DNA of 64,000 nucleotides from Cenarchaeum sp. (lineage in GTDB: Archaea > Thermoproteota > Nitrososphaeria > Nitrososphaerales > Nitrosopumilaceae). Location of the stretch: assembly GCA_965242695.1 (NCBI GenBank), contig CBDESU010000001.1, forward strand, positions 928,001-992,000, in the 5' to 3' direction. The notes under the pieces are model-generated. The model had not been told where the DNA came from. It searched no databases and worked only from the letters and a program-made list of their open reading frames with translations. The translations under genes were made by a program, and so were the position numbers. This document shows positions 36,384-45,187 of the stretch, piece by piece (within the stretch, counting starts at the first letter, position 1; each line of letters opens with the position of its first letter).

Positions 36384-37846
36384 CCGGCGGCCGGCAGGCG
36401 CGCGAGAACTGCGGCGTCGTCGGGCTGTACAGCACGTCGGGGTTCAACGTCGTGCCGATGGCGATAGATGCGCTGCGGGCCCTGCAGCACCGCGGCCAGG
36501 AGGCGTGGGGGATCGCGGTGCCCGGAAAGGAGCCGCTCAAGCGGACGGGCCTCGTGTCCGGCTCGGCGCGCGAGCTGCGCCGAATCGCCGGCGACTATGC
36601 CGCCCCGGCGGCGATCGGCCACGTGCGGTACTCTACGATGGGCAGCAGCAGCCTGGACAACGCGCAGCCGCTAAAGGTGCGCGACCTGTGCGTGGCCCAC
36701 AACGGGACCATTGCCAACGCGCGCGAGCTGTCCGGGATGGTCGGCGGGTGCACGTTCACGCCGCAGAACGCAAGCGACACGATGGTCGCCGCCGAGAGGC
36801 TCGTCGCGCTCATCACGGAGCGGGGCGGCATGGGAAAGGCCCTGTCCGTCCTAAAGGACGAGATGGTCGGGTCGTACTGCTTTGCGTTCCTCTCCGGCGA
36901 CGGGTCGGTCTATGCGGCGCGCGACCCCAAGGGGTTCCGCCCGATGGTCGTCGGCCGCAAGGCCGACGTCGGCGTAGACATGGTCGCATCCGAGTCGTCG
37001 GCCCTGTCGGCCGTCGGGGCGCGCCTCGAGCGCAGCGTCCGGCCCGGCGAGCTCATCCGCATGGGCCCCGGCGGCGTGCGCAGCGAAATGTTCTCGGGCG
37101 ACGTCGGCCGCGCGCACTGTTCGTTCGAGTTTGTCTACTTTGCGCACCCGTCTAGCAACATGGAGGGAATGAACGTGTACGTCGCTCGAAAGGAGATCGG
37201 CAGGTTCCTCGCGCGAAAGTTCCCGCTGCGCGACGCCGACCTCGTAATACCGGTGCCCGACTCGGCCAGGCCGGCGGCGCTCGGGTACGCGCAGGAGCTT
37301 GGCGTGCCGTTCGACGAGGGCCTCCTCAAGGACCGCTACAGCAAGAAGGGACCGCTGCGCAGCTTTATCGAGCCGCACCAGAGCGACCGCGTAGAGATAA
37401 ACCGCTGGATAATACCCATCCGCGAGATCATCGACGGGAGGCACGTCGTCGTCATCGACGACAGCCTCGTGAGGGGGACGAGCTCGAGGGCCATCGTAAA
37501 GGCGCTGCGCAGGGCCGGCGCGCGCCGCATCAGCATGCTCATCACGTACCCGCCCATACGGCACCCGTGCTACGCGGGGATCGACTTTCCGTCGCGCGAC
37601 GAGCTCGCCGCGCACGACGGCGGGCGCGGCCTGTCCGACGAGGCGGCCGTCGAAAAGGTGCGCTCGGACATCGGGGCCGACTTTCTGGGGTACAACGACG
37701 CCGAGAACCTGGCCGCGGCCGTCGGCATGCCGCGCTCGTCGATGTGCTTTACGTGCCACACGGGCGACTACTCGCCGCTCGGCGGGGGCCCGAACGGCGC
37801 GTTCGACCCCGCGGCGGCAGAGGCCGCGCCGCGCAGCCAAAAGTGA
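36380..37846 (+). CDS. purF: Amidophosphoribosyltransferase
   Basis: RENCGVVG (propeptide and catalytic Cys), LQHRGQE, IGHVRYST, CSFEFVYFA, PVPDS, VVIDDSLVRGTS and CFTC. ATGA overlap with purL. Confidence 0.96.
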   Translation: MTGGRQARENCGVVGLYSTSGFNVVPMAIDALRALQHRGQEAWGIAVPGKEPLKRTGLVSGSARELRRIAGDYAAPAAIGHVRYSTMGSSSLDNAQPLKVRDLCVAHNGTIANARELSGMVGGCTFTPQNASDTMVAAERLVALITERGGMGKALSVLKDEMVGSYCFAFLSGDGSVYAARDPKGFRPMVVGRKADVGVDMVASESSALSAVGARLERSVRPGELIRMGPGGVRSEMFSGDVGRAHCSFEFVYFAHPSSNMEGMNVYVARKEIGRFLARKFPLRDADLVIPVPDSARPAALGYAQELGVPFDEGLLKDRYSKKGPLRSFIEPHQSDRVEINRWIIPIREIIDGRHVVVIDDSLVRGTSSRAIVKALRRAGARRISMLITYPPIRHPCYAGIDFPSRDELAAHDGGRGLSDEAAVEKVRSDIGADFLGYNDAENLAAAVGMPRSSMCFTCHTGDYSPLGGGPNGAFDPAAAEAAPRSQK

Positions 37847-37998
37847 TCGGCGCTCCTGCCAGACTCCCCGGCAGGGCTCGTGACCCGCCGCGCTGCGGCG
37901 GGCCGGGGCGCTGCGGGGTGGCGGGGAGAGGGACCGCCGCCGCCCGATCGCATCCGTCCCGTACGGGGCGGATCGAACGGCATAAAGGCGGCGCATGG

Positions 37999-38826
37999 AT
38001 GCCGGCGGGCGTGGCGGAAGGCGGCGGCGGCCTGGGCGGGGCCGCCTCGGGCGTGTGGGTGGCGGCGGCGGCCGCTAGGGCGTGGGCCGCGGCGGTGCAC
38101 AGCCGCGCCACATGGGCCGCGTACATGCGGGCGTGGGAGGCCAAGGCGGGGTCGGAGTCGGCCATGATGCGCGCCGCCGAGTCGAACGGAAGGGCCGTGG
38201 GAGCGGACAATGCGGTCGACTCGGCGGCGATCAGGCAGGCCGCCGCCGCGCTCGGCGAGGCGGCCGAGGCCGTGGAGCGGGCCACGGAGGCGTTCGACAC
38301 GGCATCCAAGCTGGGCAGCCTAGAGGCCGACGAGCAGGAGAGGGCCGCCGAGGCGTACAGGCGGGCGGCGATCGTCGCGCGGGAGCGCGCCGCGCGCAGG
38401 CAGGCCGCCGCGGCCCTCAGGCTGGCGCTAAAGGCGGCCGAATGGGCCGCCAGGATGGCCGTGGACTCGTACAAGGCCAGGGAGGTGGCCGACAAGTGGT
38501 CTGCAAGCGCGGCCAAGTGCTCAGAGTCCGAGTACGAGTGGGGCGAGGGGCAGAAGAAGTGGATTGCCGGGCAGGCGAGCCTACATGCCGAGATCAAGCG
38601 GGAGCGGGAAGTGTCGGACGAGATGGCAAAGGAGGCGGCGGCAAGGGAGCGGGAGGCGGCGGACGAGCTGGGGCAGGCCGCCGCGGCCGCAGAGCAGGCG
38701 GCAAGGGCCGCCGAGCGCGGCCAGGCCGCGGGCGGCGCGCAGGAAGAGGCGGCGGCGGCCCTGGAAAAGGCGATGGCCGCGGCCAGGCGGGCCGCGGGGG
38801 GCGGCGGCGGGGGCACCGGCGCATAG
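37999..38826 (+). CDS. Ala/Glu-rich helical hypothetical protein (275 aa)
   Basis: A long helical, coiled-coil-like ORF with scattered Trp residues. No family recognised. Confidence 0.6.
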   Translation: MPAGVAEGGGGLGGAASGVWVAAAAARAWAAAVHSRATWAAYMRAWEAKAGSESAMMRAAESNGRAVGADNAVDSAAIRQAAAALGEAAEAVERATEAFDTASKLGSLEADEQERAAEAYRRAAIVARERAARRQAAAALRLALKAAEWAARMAVDSYKAREVADKWSASAAKCSESEYEWGEGQKKWIAGQASLHAEIKREREVSDEMAKEAAAREREAADELGQAAAAAEQAARAAERGQAAGGAQEEAAAALEKAMAAARRAAGGGGGGTGA

Positions 38827-38856
38827 CGCCGGCGGGCGGCGCGGAGACTCCGACAC

Positions 38857-38870
38857 GGGGGGGGGGGGGG
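38857..38870 (+). repeat. G14 homopolymer, intergenic
   Basis: 14 consecutive G between convergent genes. Confidence 0.9.
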
Positions 38871-39123
38871 CGGGGGCTCGGGGCCTGCCGCCTCTACAGA
38901 TGCGAAATCTGCGGTGTGATCGGCGGCCGCGACGCGATTGGCATGGACGGCGTCAATGCACAATCGCGCCGCGCGGCAAAAGCGCGGGAGAAATGGGGGC
39001 AGATCAAGGGCCAGAGAAGCTCTGAAGCGGGCGACATGGACTCGCACGGGGATGCGATTGGCGCGGAGGTGGTTCGCCGCCGAATCACACCTGCGGGCGG
39101 GTGGGAGTTCACCAAGGAGACTC

Positions 39124-40721
39124 CTACACCAGCAAGGCAAAGACGGATGCGGGGACTATGGCCATCCCGGAGCGCTCCTCCGCGCTGTCCCTGCTCAGGA
39201 CGGCCCCGCCGCTACCGCCCATCCCTGCGGCCTTTCTAAAGTCGAACATGCCGTGCAGATCGCCCCTGCGCACCCGCCCCTGCCACTTGACGTCGATCGG
39301 CACCACCCGCCCCTGCCGGCGCGCACCACAAAGTCGACCTCGCGCCCGCGGCTTCCCTTCCAATATAGTCACGAGCGCATGTTCTTGACCCCCTTTTTGC
39401 TACATCGACGCCTAATCGATGCACGCAAAAGGGTCAGAAACTTACGCTCGGGACTATAGAACACGGTATCGAAGGGCCCATTCTGATCGCCGCCGGTGTT
39501 GAGGCCAGACGCCAGGCGAAACACATGGCAGGCTGCCGCCTGCTCGACAAGCGGGCCGGCGTGCAGCTCGTCCCCGAGCGCTGCCACGCTGCGCGCAAAC
39601 GGGTCAGGCCGCCCTGCAGATTCCCATGCGTTGAGAAGGAACGGGTCGCAAAAGTACAGCTTTTTGAGCGCGTTGTGCCGGGAGGCATCCTGCGAGAAAT
39701 CGTAGCGGTACAGGACGTGCAGCATGCGCAGCCCCGCCATCTTGCGGGCGTACTTTTCGGCCACCCTTGGGTTTTCAATGTCGGTGCCTGCCGCTAAGGC
39801 CTGCCAAGACGCGGCGGTTCCTACGGACCTGGCCGCGGACTTTAGAATGGAGGCGGCCCGCTCGTGCCGGAGTCCGGCCCCCGCCAGGTCGGCGTACGCC
39901 ATGCCCAGGCAGTCCTGGTACTCCTCGTCCGGTATGAATCCCCCGGATGCGAGGCGGCCGGCGGTCCACGGCATCCCCCCGGACAGCATGTACTCGTGAA
40001 AGTGCGCGTTCAGGACGTCTACGAGCTGAAGCAGATCCTTCACCCGCTCAGGCACCTCGCCGCCGAGCACGGATCGCACCGCCTCGATCCGCCCCTGGCC
40101 GTCGCCAAGGGACAGGCCGCGCAGCGCCGATCGCACCTCCTCGTCACGAGACGCGGCGTACTCTCCAAATCCCATGGGCTGAAGGATCCTGTCCGAGAAT
40201 GCGCCCCCCGGCCCGTCCCTGCGCCCGCGGAGCGGGGCCGAAGCGCCCGCAACTGCCGCGTCCGAGCCGGTCGCCACAAGGGTGCAGTTGCGCAGCCTCC
40301 CGCATTCGAGCATCTTCTCGAGCTCCCTTTCCCAGTTTCTTATGCCGGCGACTTCGTCCAGAAAGACGAACCGCCTGCCCCTTCCGCCGTTCATTGCAAG
40401 GTATTCTGCGAGCAGGATGCTGATGTCGGCTGGACGGCCTCCGGCCTCGAACGAGTAGTAGAGCACATCGCGGGGCGGGATGCCCTCTCCAAGCAGGCGC
40501 ATTATCTCCATCTTGAGAAGCGTCGTCTTGCCGACGCGCCTCGGCCCGCGCAGAGTGTAGATACGATCGCCGGCCGCAAAGCGGTGCCGCTCCCCCAGAA
40601 TCCTCTTGACATGCGATCGCTCCATGTTCTGTATCGCCGGATCGCGGTCGATGGCGGTCGGGTCGCTCCACCAAGGGTTCGCATCTCGGATTTTTCTCTC
40701 GAACACGGGCCCGCCCCCCAA
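39124..40721 (-). pseudogene. Second AAA_14/DUF4143 ATPase, interrupted by a MITE and a one-base frameshift
   Basis: NPWW, GPRRVGKTT, FVFLDEV, ATGS, YMLSGGMP and KKLYFCDPF are present. The terminal motif VFY|WKGSRGREVDFVV...VVPIDVKWQ continues beyond the insertion to the stop at 39124. Confidence 0.85.
39366..39456. mobile_element. 91-bp hairpin MITE with TA target-site duplication (IS630/Tc1-mariner type)
   Basis: TA (39364-65), then tagtcacgagcg...cgctcgggacta, then TA (39457-58). The arms are imperfectly complementary along nearly the whole length. Removing the element and one TA restores GTG TTC TAT TGG. Confidence 0.88.
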
Positions 40722-40771
40722 CGTCGGATGTAAGCAAGTTGCGCAGTTTGGACGTTTTTACTTATAAAGAG

Positions 40772-40873
40772 CAGATCGCCCACGGTCAAGGTCTCTTATA
40801 ACAGCCAGATCGCCCACGGTCAAGGTCTCTTATAACAGCCAGATCGCCCACGGTCAAGGTCTCTTATAACAGC
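40772..40873. repeat. Perfect 34-bp tandem repeat x3 upstream of the second ATPase
   Basis: The unit cagatcgcccacggtcaaggtctcttataacagc starts at 40772, 40806 and 40840. It is preceded by cttataaagag in register. Confidence 0.95.
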
Positions 40874-41345
40874 AGGCGTGAATATGAAGGCGCTCGCCGT
40901 ATCCCCGGGCATCCCGCCCCGCCTCTCGCCTTGTCCGTGGCATTCATTGTGTGGTAGGTGAGCAGTTCCAGCCCGGCAGGCCCACAATGCGCATGCGGTC
41001 CCGTCCGTCGCATTCTGCACAATGCCAATGAGTGGATTGCGCGATCCTCATTTTTGCCAACGCTGTCGCCTAGTCAGGTCATTGAAGCGCATGTGGCAAC
41101 CTGCCTGCGGTGGTACCCAAGACGTGCCGTCCTGACAGTGAAAACGGCGCGCGGCGGAAATGGGCAGGCTGCCCAAGCTTGCCGCAATGTTCAAAAGCCG
41201 GCTGCAGAGGGCGGGCGGCAGGCGGGGGGAATACTGTCGACGGTCGAAATGCGTGGAACGGGAGCATGGATGTCCTTGGCGGCATCGTGTGCGGCAGCTG
41301 CCGCCAATCCCACCGCGATCATTCCCCGTGCGGGGGCGGCCTAGC

Positions 41346-44216
41346 ATGCGGCCCCGCGCCGACGATGACTCAGCCAGGGGAAACCTGTCGGATGCGCAAA
41401 GGCACCTGCTTGGCGTTGGCAAGGGCGACGGCGAGGGGGCCGTACAGGATGCGATATCAAGGTGGCTCGCCGGCATCGGCGTCGAGAGCAGGCCGCAGTA
41501 CCGGACGCCGGCCGGCACGGCAGACCTGCACCTGATGCAGAGGCGCTGCATAATAGAGGTCAAGAGGCCCGGCCGCCTCGATGCGGGGCCCATGGTAAGG
41601 GGGAGCGGATCGGACAGAGGCGGAGCGGAGGGCGAGTCGGCGTTTGGGCAGCTCGAGCGGTACGTCCTGTCGTCTAGGCAGGCCGAGCCTGGCGAGGGCA
41701 CCGTGCAGTGGAGGGGCGCAATAACGGACGGCCGCGTGTGGTGGGTGTGGGAGTGGCCCCTTGCAGGGGAGGGCGACAGGCCGAGGCCGTACGGCGCGTG
41801 GGAGAACAGACGGCTTACGCCGGAAAACATCGCCGAGCTTGAGTCGGCGCTGCGGCGCAGGGGGGCGGGCAAGCCGTGGGCCCCCGACGATCCCGTTCCG
41901 CAGTTTACATACATGCTCGGGAGGTTCAGGTCGGCGTACAGGCGGAGGCGGGATGTCCCGGACACGAGGACGCAGCGAAGCCTCTGGCTTGAGCAGCTAA
42001 AGGGGGGCGGCAACCACCCCGCATCCGACAGGGATGCCGACGAGCTGTTCGTCGTGCACACCGTGCTGATGCTCATCTCGCGGCTCGTCGCGGGAATGCG
42101 CGTGCCGAAGGGCCGGCGGGGCGTGGCGGATGCCTCGCTGCTCCACGGCTTTGTCGGCTGGGCCGCGGCCGCGCCGGCCGAGCTGGACGCGCTCCAGGAT
42201 ATAGTGGACCGCTACGACTGGCGCGCGGGGCACGCCGACGTGATGCGGGCCCTGTACATGGGCCTCGTCCCCGTCGAGCAGCGGCGGTCGTACGGTGAGT
42301 ACTACACGCCCGACTGGCTCGCCGAAAAGGTGTGCGCCGATGTCATCGACGACGGGTACATTGCCGAGCAGGTCGGCGCCTTCATGGAGGGCGGGCAGGT
42401 CGGCGGCATCCTCGACCCCGCGTGCGGGTCGGGCACGTTCCTGTACCACGCGGCAAGGCGCCTGCGCGACTCGAGGCCAGTCCGCGAGTCGTACCTCAAC
42501 CACAACGAGGTGGCAGACTTCATCTGCTCAATGGTCAACGGCATCGACATACACCCGGTGGCCGTCGAGATGTCGGTGGCCAACATGTGCAGGCTGCTCG
42601 GCGACATCGACCTGGCCAAGGTGCGCGTGTACCAGGGCGACTCGCTGCTCATACGGCGCCCCGAGTCGTCGGTGCACAGCGCTGAGTCGGAACCACTGCC
42701 GCTGTCCAGAACCGTGCGCGAAGAGGGCAACGGCGTGTGGGCGTGGTACATACGAAACCAGGCCGCGCCGCTCCTGCTGCGCGGCGGCCCGGCCGTCAGG
42801 CGGATCGTGTCGAACCCGCCGTGGGTCCGCCTCAACGCAATGTCCGATGCGGAAAGGGCGGCCGCTGTCCGCGGCCTGGCGTCGGACCTGGGCATGTACG
42901 AGGGCGGCAAGAGGGCGACCGCATTCGACATCGCATCCCTGTTCGTCGCAAGGTGCCACGACCTGTACGCCGGCGGGAGCAAGGGCGGCGACGTGCGGGC
43001 CGGATGGATACTCCCGCAGGCGGCCATGGCCGGCGGCGGGCAGTGGGAGCGGCTGCGCTCGCGGTTCGGCGACCGCCTGGAGGCGCTGTGGGACCTGGGC
43101 AGCCTGCCGTTTCCGCGGCAGGGGCCGTCCTCGGCCCTTCTGGTGGGCCGGCAGGGCGCGGAAGGCGCGCCGGCAAGGCTCCGCATGGAGCTTGAAGGGC
43201 CCGGCGCCCGGCGGCCCGACCAGCACGACTCGTGGTCGGGATCTGCATCCGGCGCGCTGCGCCTTGTGCCCGCGGATGCCGGCGGGAGCAGGAGGGGGAG
43301 GCGTCAAAAGCAGAGGCGGCCGCAGGCGCCGTCTGCGTGGGCACCCGGCGGTAGGGGCAGGGGCAGGGGGAAGAAGGGCAAGATCATGGTGCGCAACGGA
43401 GCGACGCTGTTTCCGGCGCCGCTGGTCCGGATCGAGCCGGGGACGCTCTCTGCAGGGGCCCGGACGGCGTCGTTCAGGACGAGGGCCGGCAGGCACGGCG
43501 CGTGGAGGGAGATTGGCGCGCAGGAGGGGACGGTGCCCGCCGCCTGGATACGGCAGTGCATGTTCGGATCCGACCTTGTCGCATTCTGCGCGCCGACGCG
43601 CACCGCATGCGTGATCCCGATGGGCCCCGGCGGCCGCTGGCTCGATGGCCGCGGCTCTGCAAAGTTCTGGAGGGACGCATCGAGCCTGTACGCGGCCAAC
43701 CGGGGGAGCGGCAGGCACACCCCGGCGACGCTCGAGGATCGGCTCGACTACCAGAGCGGGCTCTCGTGGCAGATGGGCCCCGACGGGGCCGGGCCATTTG
43801 TCGCGTACAACAAGTCGGGCTCGAGGGTGTACGCGGCCGCCATTACCACAACGGAGATACTCGACAACACGCTATACAGCGTCCAATGCGCGTCGGCCGC
43901 CGAGGCGCGCTACGTCTCGGCTATGCTCAACTCAGACGCGCTCCAGGGCGCCCTGGCCGGCGCAAAGGAAAACCAGAGGCACTACGACACGTACCCGTGG
44001 AAAAAGATCCCGATCCCGAGGTACAGCCGCGCCGAGGACTCCCACCGCCGGCTCGCGGCGCTTGCGGGCAGGGCAGAGGCGGCCGTAGCGTCGCTGCACA
44101 GGGGCGATCCCGGCGGCGCCGGCCGCAGGGGATCGATCGAGGCTGTCAGGAGGGCCGGAATACTCGGCCGGATCGACGAGTGCGTCGCCGTGGTGCTGCC
44201 GGAGCATGCGGGCTGA
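41346..44216 (+). CDS. Type IIG-like restriction-modification protein (PD-(D/E)XK nuclease, N6-adenine MTase and target-recognition region)
   Basis: TADL...IIEVK, GEYYTPDWLA, ILDPACGSGTFL, GIDIHPVAV, NPPW and C-terminal YVSAMLNS...HYD...IP. The start is uncertain (41160 or 41346). Confidence 0.85.
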   Translation: MRPRADDDSARGNLSDAQRHLLGVGKGDGEGAVQDAISRWLAGIGVESRPQYRTPAGTADLHLMQRRCIIEVKRPGRLDAGPMVRGSGSDRGGAEGESAFGQLERYVLSSRQAEPGEGTVQWRGAITDGRVWWVWEWPLAGEGDRPRPYGAWENRRLTPENIAELESALRRRGAGKPWAPDDPVPQFTYMLGRFRSAYRRRRDVPDTRTQRSLWLEQLKGGGNHPASDRDADELFVVHTVLMLISRLVAGMRVPKGRRGVADASLLHGFVGWAAAAPAELDALQDIVDRYDWRAGHADVMRALYMGLVPVEQRRSYGEYYTPDWLAEKVCADVIDDGYIAEQVGAFMEGGQVGGILDPACGSGTFLYHAARRLRDSRPVRESYLNHNEVADFICSMVNGIDIHPVAVEMSVANMCRLLGDIDLAKVRVYQGDSLLIRRPESSVHSAESEPLPLSRTVREEGNGVWAWYIRNQAAPLLLRGGPAVRRIVSNPPWVRLNAMSDAERAAAVRGLASDLGMYEGGKRATAFDIASLFVARCHDLYAGGSKGGDVRAGWILPQAAMAGGGQWERLRSRFGDRLEALWDLGSLPFPRQGPSSALLVGRQGAEGAPARLRMELEGPGARRPDQHDSWSGSASGALRLVPADAGGSRRGRRQKQRRPQAPSAWAPGGRGRGRGKKGKIMVRNGATLFPAPLVRIEPGTLSAGARTASFRTRAGRHGAWREIGAQEGTVPAAWIRQCMFGSDLVAFCAPTRTACVIPMGPGGRWLDGRGSAKFWRDASSLYAANRGSGRHTPATLEDRLDYQSGLSWQMGPDGAGPFVAYNKSGSRVYAAAITTTEILDNTLYSVQCASAAEARYVSAMLNSDALQGALAGAKENQRHYDTYPWKKIPIPRYSRAEDSHRRLAALAGRAEAAVASLHRGDPGGAGRRGSIEAVRRAGILGRIDECVAVVLPEHAG

Positions 44217-44374
44217 CGGCAGGCGGCGCCGGCCGCCGATCGCATCCTTCCGCCGCGGCTTGGGGGCGCCAGCCTTTTGTGCAGCCGCAGTGCATACTGC
44301 AGATAATAATTGCCATGGGCCAGAGAATATTGACACTGTACCATTATTATAGGAATGGGCACGGCGGCGCCGGC

Positions 44375-44911
44375 ATGGCGGGGCCGAAGGTGCTGTTCGA
44401 AAAGCGGGTCGGCATCGGCCGCACGGCGGCGGTGAGCCGGGACGTGGCGTGGGCCATGTCCGACGACGTCCGCCGCCGCATAGTCCAGCTGCTCTACAAG
44501 AGGTCCATGACGACTGCCGAGATCGCCGAGGCCGTCGCCCAGGACGGCATCGAAAAGGCCCGGACCACGATACGCCACCACATGTCGATACTGGAAAAGG
44601 CCGGCATCATCGACGTGTGCAGGATCGTCCAGGTCCGCGGAATGATGGAAAAGCACTACACGGCGAGCACCAGGATGATCGGGCGCGATGCCGAGGAGGG
44701 CTTTGACGAGGCGTACTCTTCCGAGATAAGCGCGGCGGCGCGCAGGATGGGCAAGATTATCGCACAGCTGGCCCCCAGGGCGGCCAGGCGATCGCAGGAG
44801 GACGGCGCGGATCCAGAGTACGAAGAGTTCGTACTGACCGAGATCGTAAACCGCGCAATGACGCGCGTGTTCGAGGCGCGCGGCGAGGGGGCGGCCGGGG
44901 CGGCGCGCTGA
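44375..44911 (+). CDS. ArsR-like winged-helix transcriptional regulator
   Basis: AMSDDVRRRIVQLLY...TTIRHHMSILEKAGII...RGMMEKHY. TATTATA at ~44345 and ATG at 44375. Confidence 0.88.
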   Translation: MAGPKVLFEKRVGIGRTAAVSRDVAWAMSDDVRRRIVQLLYKRSMTTAEIAEAVAQDGIEKARTTIRHHMSILEKAGIIDVCRIVQVRGMMEKHYTASTRMIGRDAEEGFDEAYSSEISAAARRMGKIIAQLAPRAARRSQEDGADPEYEEFVLTEIVNRAMTRVFEARGEGAAGAAR

Positions 44912-45187
44912 GGGCAGGCCGGGCGGCCTCCGGGGAGGAGCCGATCATGCCGCGCGCAGGACGATCCGGCCGGCCGCCGCCGGCGCCCCGCGGGCGATCG
45001 GAGAAGGGGGCCTGAATGCAGGCGGCGCCCGCCCGGCGATATCGACTTGGCCCCGCGCCCCTTGGCCGGCAGCGGGCGGACACTGCCCCGCCAGCCGGGT
45101 CCTGCGCACTGGCCGTCAAAAGCGGGCAGTGCCGCCCCGCGCGAATAAACGATTAAGTACGCACGGATTTGCGGGGCCGGCACAGGC

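Noticed and set aside
39366-39456. Insertion as an archaeal bulge-helix-bulge intron
   Set aside because: The junction pairing gives a long helix with one possible 3-nt bulge rather than the 3-4-3 motif. The TA duplication fits transposition better.
40772-40873. 34-bp array as a CRISPR array
   Set aside because: There are no unique spacers between the units.
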